Below, piece by piece: positions 19,821 to 27,594 of a DNA stretch of 40,000 bases; the stretch's first letter is position 1, and every line of letters starts with the position of its first letter. Position numbers and translations under genes: made by a program. The notes under the pieces are model-generated. The model saw only the letters and a program-made list of their open reading frames with translations. It was not told where the DNA came from and made no database searches. The stretch is from Zeimonas sediminis (GTDB lineage Bacteria; Pseudomonadota; Gammaproteobacteria; Burkholderiales; Burkholderiaceae_E). The stretch spans positions 2,351,671 to 2,391,670 of the forward strand of contig NZ_JAMQYE010000001.1 in the NCBI RefSeq assembly GCF_023721795.1, written 5' to 3'.

Positions 19821-19944
19821 CTTGTCTCCTGTGGTGAGTCTCGTTCATCCTGAAGGTGAATGGACCTCACTTCTCTACCGCCCCTGCTCCATCCGGCTGC
19901 CACCCGCCCGATTGCCAAAAGCACGCGACCGGCACCAGCCACTG

Positions 19945-19959
19945 ATGAGGCGTCCTCAT
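19945..19959. promoter_or_regulatory. 15-bp perfect palindrome ATGAGG-CGT-CCTCAT (candidate TetR operator)
   Basis: Read directly from the sequence. It abuts or overlaps the candidate -10 element of the minus-strand operon promoter. Confidence 0.35.
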
Positions 19960-19988
19960 TATAGGTATCACAACCCCGAGTTTGTCAA
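19958..19988 (-). promoter_or_regulatory. candidate sigma70-type promoter of the minus-strand liv/acyl-CoA operon
   Basis: The minus strand reads gaTTGACAaactcggggttgtgataccTATAATgagg. Both hexamers are perfect consensus, which is unusual in this GC-rich context. The spacer is 19 nt, longer than optimal. The promoter lies about 130 nt upstream of the LivF-like start. Confidence 0.35.
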
Positions 19989-20869
19989 TCTCCGTCGCGC
20001 AAATCACGCGGCCGCGCGCCGGCGGACGGGGTACCCGTCTACCTCGACGTCTCGGGCTCGAGGGAGAGCCCAATCGCGCTGGGCCTCTGCGAGCGCGAGC
20101 ACCGCCACCTCTCCGACGACCAGGCGATCTGCATCGGCTACGCCAACACGATGGCCGACACCAACCACCTACCGCCCGCCCACTGGCTGGCCAACCGGAT
20201 CGGCCGCGAGCTGTTCCGCCTGCGGCTGGAGAAAGGCGCCGGCCAGTTCGGCCCCGACGGCAAGGTGCTGGCGCAGGTGCGCACCGACGGCCACGGCCGG
20301 CAGCCCGAGCGCGTGTCGATCTCGCTGCACAACCACGAAGGCTCCGACTGGTTGCTGCTGCGCAGGATCGCCGAAGAGGCGGTGGCCCGCGCCTGCGCCG
20401 GCAAGAACATGCCCGCGCTGGTGCTGAACGGCGCCGGCATGTTCGTGGCCGGCGGCCCGAACGGCGACAACGGCACCACCGGCAAGAAGCTGGTGATGGA
20501 CGCCTACGGCCCCACGGTGCCGATCGGCGGCGGCGCCTGGTCGGGCAAGGACTTCAGCAAGGTGGGCCGGGCCGGGGGGATGCTGGCGCGGGAGCTGGCG
20601 CTGGTGGCGGTAAGGCGGGCGAGGAGGGAGGCGCGGGTGGAGTGGAGGTACGAGCCGGGTGGGGCGGGGCCGGCCGGGGTGGGGGTTTGGGTGGATGGCC
20701 GGGCAATAGGGTCGGCAGAGATGTGGACGCTATCGGGAGCCGCCACTATGACTTCGGTGTCGCGCGAAGGTTGATTGCCGAGCTCAACGGGCCACTGGCA
20801 GAAAGGGGACGATGGGAGCATTTCAACGCGGTCACCACCAGTGATCGAGGCCGACGGCACGCCGCATGA
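19965..20869 (+). pseudogene. S-adenosylmethionine synthetase (MetK)-like gene lacking the N-terminal domain and probably frameshifted near its 3' end
   Basis: The frame-3 translation runs from the stop at 19962-19964. It reads ...DDQAICIGYANTMADTNHLPPAHWLANRI...GAGMFVAGGPNGDNGTTGKKLVMDAYGPTVPIGGGAWSGKDFSKVGRAGGMLARELA. This aligns by eye with the E. coli MetK middle and C-terminal domains (GDQGLMFGYA...[41 protein letters not shown]). No room or sequence exists for the first ~85 aa. After ~20720 the MetK-like signal seems to continue in frame 2 (...YDFGVARRLIAELNG...) up to 20869. Confidence 0.45.
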
Positions 20870-21118
20870 GGGCCCGACTGGAGATCAAGAGACGTCGTCG
20901 CGCCGCCCGCCTGATGCTCGCGGGACCACGTGGGTACCGCCCTCTGGGCGGCTGCGATCGTCGCATGTGGCCAGGGCACCCATCGGTAGGCCTCTGAAGC
21001 GCCTAGCCTGTAGTTACTAATCCGTTTGTTCAGACTTCGTCCCGCAGTTATTGGCCAAGTCAGAAGCGCATCAGTTACACTAATCGGAATCGATTACTCT
21101 GCTTGTGAAACTGCTGCG

Positions 21119-22057
21119 ATGTCCGGTGACTATGTCGTGGTCACAAACTGCACCGCGCGCAAGCGGGCCGGTGCTCCGCTGGTCCGCTTCGACCCGAAGC
21201 CATCGGCCGCCGCGCTCTCCGAGATCGTCGAGGAATGGCGTTCGGCGCTGCGTTCACAACCCGTGCGCTTGCCTGCGAAGGAGCTCTATGTCGGCCGCTC
21301 GATCAGCGAGGCGAAGTGCGTTGCTCAACAATTGCGATGTTCGCTCTTCGTCGTGTCCGCCGGCCTCGGACTGGTCGAAGAAGATGAGATGGTGCCGGGC
21401 TACGACCTTTCCGCCGCTGGCGCCACCTCCGGCTTGACGCCGGTGTTGGCCCGTCACGGCGCATCCGTCGGCGAGTGGTGGAACACCCTAACTGACGGCC
21501 GCGGATTGCGCTGGTTGCTTCAGCGCGCCTCGGGAGCAGTCGTTCTCCTGGCACTGCCTACGGACTATCTTCGACTCGTCAAGGGGGAACTGCAGGAAAT
21601 GCAGCCCGGCGAGATCTCTCGGCTTCGTGTACTTACATCCGAAGCTGGTCGTAGGGAGTTAGCCACTCTCCCCGCTTTACCAGTGATGCCTTATGACGAC
21701 CGACTGGAGTCGATTCCTGGCCTTGCGGGAACTCGGTCGGACTTTCCTCAACGTGCCCTCCGTCACTTCACCGAGCGCCTTGAAGCTCACAGGCTACCAG
21801 CAGACGTGGCTACCCGAGAGGTGCTGCTCGCCTTGGCTAGATGCGAACACCGAGTTCTCCCGCAGCGAGCACGACTGAACGACGAGGAGATTTGCGGCCT
21901 AATCCGCAGCGGTTGGCCGACGTTCGGCGGGAACAGCGCACGACTATTACGCCATCTCCGAGACGACCACAAAGTCGCGTGCGAGCAGGGGCGCTTCGCT
22001 GCCTTGCGGCGCCGCGTCCAACAGGAACTCGTTGAGAGCTCTGCTGCCTCAGGGTGA
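21119..22057 (+). CDS. uncharacterised protein, first gene of the deazaguanine-modification operon (N-terminus reminiscent of DUF6884-type domains)
   Basis: Start placed at ATG 21119 within ORF 21026..22057. YVVVTNCTARKR...AKELYVGRSISEAK...LFVVSAGLGLVEEDEMVPGYD resembles the CSxxK / elY / ilSAkyGL / PYD pattern I recall for DUF6884. The C-terminal ~130 aa is unrecognised. It ends 4 nt before the next gene. Confidence 0.6.
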   Translation: MSGDYVVVTNCTARKRAGAPLVRFDPKPSAAALSEIVEEWRSALRSQPVRLPAKELYVGRSISEAKCVAQQLRCSLFVVSAGLGLVEEDEMVPGYDLSAAGATSGLTPVLARHGASVGEWWNTLTDGRGLRWLLQRASGAVVLLALPTDYLRLVKGELQEMQPGEISRLRVLTSEAGRRELATLPALPVMPYDDRLESIPGLAGTRSDFPQRALRHFTERLEAHRLPADVATREVLLALARCEHRVLPQRARLNDEEICGLIRSGWPTFGGNSARLLRHLRDDHKVACEQGRFAALRRRVQQELVESSAASG

Positions 22058-22061
22058 CAAC

Positions 22062-23204
22062 ATGGCAACTTCAAAGAAGGGAAGGGAAATTGTCATTCGC
22101 GCTCTGCGGACAAGGCAGGGCCCGGGTCTAGACGTCTACGCATTCTTCATTCGCGGCTCGGACATCATTCGCGTGGCCGACATTTCGCGTATCGGACGAG
22201 ACGAACAAGAAGGACTGAAAGGCTTTCAGCGACCGGAGATCCGCACTCATGTGCGCAGCATCGTGGAGTATCTCAATCAAGGCAGCGTGCTGTTTCCGAA
22301 CGCCATTATCCTTGCCCTTTCGCCCGAGGTTCATTTCGCCGCGTCCCGCGGCACCCGTCCGTCCGGTGACGAAGGCATCGCCCAGAGCGGCACCTTGACC
22401 ATCCCGATCTATGAAGAGGGGCGGCGCGTAGCTTGGATCGTTGACGGTCAGCAACGCTCGCTCGCCCTCGCACAGACAGAACGGAAAGACATCTCCGTTC
22501 CCGTCGTTGGGTTCGTTTCCGACAGCCTGGAAGTCCAACGCGAGCAGTTCATCCTCGTTAACAAAGCGAAGCCTCTACCCACGCGTCTCATTAACGAGTT
22601 GCTGCCCGAGACGCGGTCAGTGCTTCTCCCACGGGAACTCAGTGTTCGGCGAGTGCCTGCGGAATTGTGCGGCCTTCTCAACAGAGACCCTGCATCGCCA
22701 TTCTTCGGGCTCATCAAGCGCCCGTCCGATGACTCTCGCGACCGCAATTCTGTCGTCACCGACACGGCGGTTATAAACGTCATCAAGAACAGCATGAACA
22801 ATCCACTGGGCGCCTTGGCCACCTTCCGCCTTAGCTCGAACGGGCGCGATGGCGTCGATGTCGAAAGCATGTACGCCCTATTGGTGACTTTCTGGTCGGC
22901 GGTAAAAGTTGTGTTTCCGGACGCGTGGGGCCGTGACCCGCGCCATAGCCGCCTGATGCACTCCGCGGGCATCGAAGGAATGGGCGTGCTAATGGACCGC
23001 ATCTACGCACGGCTTCAGCCCAGCGCCGACGTTAAAGCCGTCGAGAGCGAATTGCGTAGGGTCGCGCCCTACTGCCGCTGGACAAAGGGTGTCTGGGATA
23101 GCCTCGGGCTGGCGTGGAACGAAATCCAGAGTACGCCGCGCGATATTCGACGTCTGCAGAATGCACTGGTCCAGGCCTACTCGGCAGCAGGGGCCGCGCG
23201 TTGA
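22062..23204 (+). CDS. DGQHR-domain (DndB/DpdB-like, ParB-fold) protein, paralog 1
   Basis: 380 aa from ATG 22062. Motifs present: LKGFQRPEIRTHVRSIVEYL, FPNAIILAL, WIVDGQQRSLAL, QFILVNKAKPLP. Confidence 0.8.
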   Translation: MATSKKGREIVIRALRTRQGPGLDVYAFFIRGSDIIRVADISRIGRDEQEGLKGFQRPEIRTHVRSIVEYLNQGSVLFPNAIILALSPEVHFAASRGTRPSGDEGIAQSGTLTIPIYEEGRRVAWIVDGQQRSLALAQTERKDISVPVVGFVSDSLEVQREQFILVNKAKPLPTRLINELLPETRSVLLPRELSVRRVPAELCGLLNRDPASPFFGLIKRPSDDSRDRNSVVTDTAVINVIKNSMNNPLGALATFRLSSNGRDGVDVESMYALLVTFWSAVKVVFPDAWGRDPRHSRLMHSAGIEGMGVLMDRIYARLQPSADVKAVESELRRVAPYCRWTKGVWDSLGLAWNEIQSTPRDIRRLQNALVQAYSAAGAAR

Positions 23205-24493
23205 AGTTCCTCTATTCCGACACCCAGGATTACGTCGACCCAAAGTACGACTTCCTTAACGACCGCCCGAACCCAAAGCGTGAACGGTACTGGAACGACG
23301 CCTACGCGCATGAACTCATGCGCGAGGCACCCTACGACGGCCTCCTTGTGGCTATGAGCGCAGTGCGCCAAGCCGAGGGCGTCGCTTCGTCGAAAGTGCG
23401 CTACTCGACAGCCGAAGAGCAGCGAATGCTGCGCATCGGCGCCCGAAAGTACCTGCGCTTCGATGGGCCGAAGTTCAAGGATCTGATGCTGATGGGGGAT
23501 TGCGGTGCATTCGCGTACGCGGAGCACCCCCAACCCGCCTACTCGCCAGAGGAAGTGGTCGAGTTCTACCTGGACGCCGAGTTCACACACGGGGTCTCGC
23601 CTGACCACATCATCTTTGAGTGCGACTTGGAGAATCCGCCAGCGAGCGCTATGCCCGAGGCTCAGCGGCGATTTGAGATCACGCTGGAGAACGCCCAAGA
23701 GTTCATCAAACTCGTCCACCAGGAGGGTGACTTCTTCGAGCCAATGGGTGCCGTTCAGGGTTGGTCGCCGCAGAGCATGGCCGACGCTGCCGACAAACTC
23801 GTCAAGATGGGATACGGCTACTTGGCAATCGGCGGACTCGTTCCACTGAAAGTAGACGTTATCAAAACGGTGCTGGAGGCCATCAGGAACAAGATCGGCC
23901 CGGAGCCAAGGCTTCACCTGCTCGGCTTTGCGAAGGCTGATCATATTCATCAGTTCGTCCGCTACGGCATTACCAGTTTCGACTCGACCTCGCCGCTTAT
24001 CCGTGCCTTTAAGGACGACAAGGCCAATTACTACATCGAGAACGGCGAAGGCGGTTTGGACTACTACACTGCAATCCGCATCCCACAGGCTCTCGAGAAC
24101 AGCCGACTGATGCAGGGCGTCAAGCGCGGTTCGTTCAGCGCTGAAGACCTTGCCAAGCGAGAACGGGTCGCCCTTAAAGCGTTACGCGACTTCGATCAAG
24201 AGCGGGGCAGTATCCAGGGGACCGTGGATGCCGTAATGGACTATCACCAGTTCCTAGTCTTGGGTGAAGGGGGCGACGAGAGCGCTCACGCCAAGGCGTT
24301 GTCCAAGATCCGCGAGCGCGTGCAGCGCACACTCGAGGCCCGCCCGTGGAAACGGTGCGATTGCGCAATCTGCGAGGCCGTGGGCGTGGAAGTCATCATC
24401 TTTCGTTCCAGCAACCGGAACAAGCGACGTGGATTCCACAACCTTGGCGTTTATCACCGACACCTGAAGAGAACCCTGGAGCATTCCGCGTGA
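23201..24493 (+). CDS. dpdA: DpdA-type (TgtA5) DNA-guanine transglycosylase
   Basis: Start placed at TTG 23201, which overlaps the upstream stop (TTGA) and is preceded by AGCAGGGG. This gives MKFLYSDTQDYVDPKYDF..., a DpdA-like N-terminus. TIM-barrel-like segments are present: GYGYLAIGGLVPL, LHLLGFA, TSFDSTSP. The C-terminal TGT-type zinc motif is CDCAIC-x22-H. An upstream ATG at 23114 is an alternative start. Confidence 0.8.
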   Translation: MKFLYSDTQDYVDPKYDFLNDRPNPKRERYWNDAYAHELMREAPYDGLLVAMSAVRQAEGVASSKVRYSTAEEQRMLRIGARKYLRFDGPKFKDLMLMGDCGAFAYAEHPQPAYSPEEVVEFYLDAEFTHGVSPDHIIFECDLENPPASAMPEAQRRFEITLENAQEFIKLVHQEGDFFEPMGAVQGWSPQSMADAADKLVKMGYGYLAIGGLVPLKVDVIKTVLEAIRNKIGPEPRLHLLGFAKADHIHQFVRYGITSFDSTSPLIRAFKDDKANYYIENGEGGLDYYTAIRIPQALENSRLMQGVKRGSFSAEDLAKRERVALKALRDFDQERGSIQGTVDAVMDYHQFLVLGEGGDESAHAKALSKIRERVQRTLEARPWKRCDCAICEAVGVEVIIFRSSNRNKRRGFHNLGVYHRHLKRTLEHSA

Positions 24494-25563
24494 GCGTCTA
24501 TCAATACTCTGCAATCCGAGCACGCCAGGCTGCGGAGCATGACGTCTTCGTCTTCGCTGCGAACCCCAAAGAGGTACTGGAATTCGCGCAGATCGAACGC
24601 GTTGGACGCTCGGACGATGGGCAACTCAAGGGATTTCAGCGGCATCAGATCGCATCGCATATCCGCGATATCCGAGACTATCTGAGCCGCGCAGATGCGC
24701 TTCTGCCCAACGCTGTGATTGTGGCCTTTATCGAGGGGGTGACAGTCAGGGACGTCGGCGACGGGCGGCTGGAAGTGTCAATTGACGCCCGCAAGACCCC
24801 TCCAGGATTTGTCGTCGACGGACAGCAACGCCTAACTGCGCTTTCTGGGCTGGACAAGCCAGATTTCCAGGTGTTCGTATCTGCCGTCGTGTGCAAGAAC
24901 TACGACGAGCTTCGCCAGCAGTTCGTACTCATCAACAGCACTCGGCCGCTCCCCAAGACCCTGATTTACGAGCTACTGCCAACTGTTGAGGGCCTGCCGC
25001 AGCGGTACACGTCGCGCCGCTTTGCGGCCAGGGTGGTAGAGCGACTCAATTTCACCGGCGGCCGGGCACTGCGCGGCGAGATTCGTCAACACACCAATCC
25101 ATCCGGTGTCATCAGTGACACGGCCATGCAGAAACTCGTGATGAACTCGGCCGCGCACGGCGCTATCCGCGAGTTCATCCAATACGAAGATCGTGAAGAT
25201 CGTGCCGTCTCCCTAATCAACGAGTTCTTCGAAGCTGTAGCCACGGTATTTGGCGGCCAGTGGGTCGGCATGAGTCCACGCGTTTCGCGTCTTCGTCATG
25301 GAGCGGGGATCGTCGCCATGGGCTTTGTGATGGATCTGCTCCACTCCTCCCAGGGGGCGACCACCAAAGATGGCTTCGTGCCCGGGCTCGAATTGCTCAA
25401 ACCCTTTACGGCTTGGACCTCTGGCACTTGGAAGATGGACGACTGCGAGTTTGTCTGGAACGACATTCAGAACACTCCCTCCGACATCGACCTCCTTACG
25501 CGTCATCTCGTGTCAGCCACAAAGCGGCAGCTTCGCAAACTGCGTCGGGCCGCCAACGCTTGA
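24490..25563 (+). CDS. DGQHR-domain (DndB/DpdB-like) protein, paralog 2
   Basis: Start placed at GTG 24490, which overlaps the dpdA stop (GTGA) with GGAG 10-13 nt upstream. Motifs present: LKGFQRHQIASHIRDIRDYL, LPNAVIVAF, FVVDGQQRLTAL, QFVLINSTRPLP. It is colinear with paralog 1. Confidence 0.8.
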   Translation: MSVYQYSAIRARQAAEHDVFVFAANPKEVLEFAQIERVGRSDDGQLKGFQRHQIASHIRDIRDYLSRADALLPNAVIVAFIEGVTVRDVGDGRLEVSIDARKTPPGFVVDGQQRLTALSGLDKPDFQVFVSAVVCKNYDELRQQFVLINSTRPLPKTLIYELLPTVEGLPQRYTSRRFAARVVERLNFTGGRALRGEIRQHTNPSGVISDTAMQKLVMNSAAHGAIREFIQYEDREDRAVSLINEFFEAVATVFGGQWVGMSPRVSRLRHGAGIVAMGFVMDLLHSSQGATTKDGFVPGLELLKPFTAWTSGTWKMDDCEFVWNDIQNTPSDIDLLTRHLVSATKRQLRKLRRAANA

Positions 25564-25569
25564 ATAGTC

Positions 25570-26277
25570 ATGAGCACTTCCGCACTCGTCTTGTTCTCCG
25601 GCGGTCAGGATTCCGCCACGTGCCTTGCATGGGCGTTGGACCGTTATGACTTCGTCGAGACGGTGGGCTTCGACTATGGTCAACGGCACAGGGTTGAAAT
25701 GGAGTGCCGAGAGATCTTTCGAAGCGAACTGCGGAGTCACTTCCCTGCATGGGGCGGGAGACTTGGCGATGACCACCTTCTGGATCTAGGACTTCTTAGC
25801 CGAATTAGCGACACAGCACTCACCGCCGAGAAGCAGATTGAGTTCGACGAATCAGGGCTTCCGAATACGTTTGTTCCAGGCCGCAATCTCTTGTTCTTCA
25901 CTCTGGCCGCCGCGATTGCCTACCGTCGCGGCCACAAGATCCTCGTGGGCGGGATGTGCGAGACTGACTATTCGGGCTATCCGGACTGCCGCGACGACAC
26001 GCTCAAAGCTCTTCAGGTAACACTGAATCTTGGTTTGAACTCTCGCCTTGTCGTTGAGACCCCGCTTATGTGGATCGACAAGGCCCGCACGTGGACACTC
26101 GCCCAACAACTTGGCGGAGACGCGCTAGTTGCCCTCATACGAGAGAAGACGCACACCTGCTACCTGGGCGATCACGAGACTTGGCATGACTGGGGCTATG
26201 GCTGCGGGACTTGCGCGGCCTGCGAATTGCGTCTCAGAGGCTATGAGGCATTCGCCCGCGAGGAGGGAGCCAAATGA
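25570..26277 (+). CDS. queC: 7-cyano-7-deazaguanine (preQ0) synthase QueC
   Basis: 235 aa. PP-loop [12 protein letters not shown]; also [18 protein letters not shown]. The C-terminal zinc-site cysteines are C...CGTCAAC. Confidence 0.9.
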   Translation: MSTSALVLFSGGQDSATCLAWALDRYDFVETVGFDYGQRHRVEMECREIFRSELRSHFPAWGGRLGDDHLLDLGLLSRISDTALTAEKQIEFDESGLPNTFVPGRNLLFFTLAAAIAYRRGHKILVGGMCETDYSGYPDCRDDTLKALQVTLNLGLNSRLVVETPLMWIDKARTWTLAQQLGGDALVALIREKTHTCYLGDHETWHDWGYGCGTCAACELRLRGYEAFAREEGAK

Positions 26278-27371
26278 ACCAACCGGTTATTGTGACCCAG
26301 GCGACGGCGGGGTTTGAGGCGGCGCGCCAAGTGGACGTATTACCCGAAGGACATCGGTGTCGCTCACTGCACGGCCATAGCTTTCAGGCCACTGTGTTCG
26401 CTGAACTGCCAGAAGGCTTTGCCGCTTATCCAGGCGGCGAAGTCGACGCACTTAGCGCCCGTCTCGACGAGTGCGTGTCTCAGCTGAACTATGCGTATCT
26501 CAATCGTGTGATGCCGCAACCTACCGATGAGAACATCGCGCGATTCCTCCGTGAACAGTTGAGGATTCCGGGTATCGATCGTGTCGCGATCCAGAGTACG
26601 ACAATGCAGGGAGTGGATCTGAATCGGGAGGGACAGGCCCACGTGTGGCGGCGATTCCGATTTCAAGCAGCACACCGACTTCCGAACGTACCGCTAGGGC
26701 ACAAGTGCGGCCGAATGCATGGCCACGGTTTTGAGGCGATCATCCACGCAAACCAAGACCTTGGAACTCGTCCATTAAGCACTGACTACGACCACCTTGA
26801 TTCCGTGTGGGCACCGTTGCACGCGCAACTTAACTACCAGTGCCTAAATGAAATCGAGGGCCTCGAAAACCCAACTAGCGAGAACCTGGCCGGGTGGATC
26901 TGGCGGCAACTGAAGCCCGCACTGCCCGAGCTATCTTGGGTGACCGTTTTTGAGACGGCATCTTGTGGTGCGCACTTCGACGGCGAGAACTACCGCATCT
27001 GGAAGGAATTCACACTCGATAGCGCCGTGCGTTGCGAGCGCGCCCCGGAAGGCTCAGATCGTAACCGTACGCACGGTCACACTTATACGCTTCGACTCCA
27101 CCTTGACGCACCACTGAACGAGATCCTCGGTTGGACCGTCGACTTCGGTGACGTCAAGACCATCTTCGACCCAATCTTCAAGTCTATCGACCACCAGATG
27201 CTCAATGGGCTCCCGGGATTGGCTGACGGGAACGCGGCCAGCGTGGCACGATGGATTTTGGATCAGGCCCGACCAAAACTTCCTCACCTCTCCCGCGTCG
27301 ATCTTCACGAAACCCCCGGCACCGGTTGCCTCATAGCAGATAACCTCGACGGTCCGACAATGCCGGTCTGA
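26274..27371 (+). CDS. queD: triple-tandem QueD / 6-carboxytetrahydropterin synthase (PTPS-fold) protein
   Basis: 365 aa, ATGA overlap with queC. It has three ~115-aa modules (about aa 8-118, 124-238, 241-355). Module 2 is close to E. coli QueD: [26 protein letters not shown]...[15 protein letters not shown]...FETASCGA. Modules 1 and 3 are degenerate copies. Confidence 0.8.
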   Translation: MNQPVIVTQATAGFEAARQVDVLPEGHRCRSLHGHSFQATVFAELPEGFAAYPGGEVDALSARLDECVSQLNYAYLNRVMPQPTDENIARFLREQLRIPGIDRVAIQSTTMQGVDLNREGQAHVWRRFRFQAAHRLPNVPLGHKCGRMHGHGFEAIIHANQDLGTRPLSTDYDHLDSVWAPLHAQLNYQCLNEIEGLENPTSENLAGWIWRQLKPALPELSWVTVFETASCGAHFDGENYRIWKEFTLDSAVRCERAPEGSDRNRTHGHTYTLRLHLDAPLNEILGWTVDFGDVKTIFDPIFKSIDHQMLNGLPGLADGNAASVARWILDQARPKLPHLSRVDLHETPGTGCLIADNLDGPTMPV

Positions 27372-27594
27372 CCAACACTAAAGGCTGATTTCGCGAGGAA
27401 ATAACACATCACTTACCTCGACTACCTGGAGTTGTAGCCACAGCGACCTTCTAGCCGACCCGAATGAGAATCATGCGGGGAGTCACGCCACCACCTACCT
27501 CGACCTCCACTGCTGCCAACATACGGGTACTTGACACCTGCACACCAGTGTCAAAGCCAACAAGAGTCGCTACCTCCGTTCTCGATCATCTCTG

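Noticed and set aside
20980-21118. Possible preQ1-type riboswitch or other leader upstream of the deazaguanine operon.
   Set aside because: I could not find the conserved preQ1 aptamer features (a small hairpin followed by an A-rich tail with an ACUA-type pseudoknot) by eye. A covariance-model scan would be needed.
23114-23200. ATG at 23114 as the dpdA start (as in the ORF track).
   Set aside because: It would overlap the upstream DGQHR gene by 91 nt and add an Arg/Gly-rich leader (MERNPEYAARYSTSAECTGPGLLGSRGRA). The TTG at 23201 gives a DpdA-like N-terminus, a purine-rich SD and the same 4-nt coupling seen at the next two junctions. It remains possible.
23177-23950. 257-aa ORF antisense to dpdA inside the island.
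   Set aside because: It has no recognisable motifs, while the sense-frame product has clear DpdA/TGT features. It is most likely a chance open frame.
27405-27515. Imperfect direct repeat (C)ACTTACCTCGAC / ACCTACCTCGAC about 83 nt apart in the queD-HNH spacer.
   Set aside because: It is short (9 identical nt), occurs in only two copies, and has no associated structure or gene. It is likely fortuitous.
27531-27554. Hairpin TTGACAC-N10-GTGTCAA between the convergent queD and HNH genes as a bidirectional terminator.
   Set aside because: It has only a 7-bp stem with a 10-nt loop and no flanking T/A tract on either strand. That is too weak to call.
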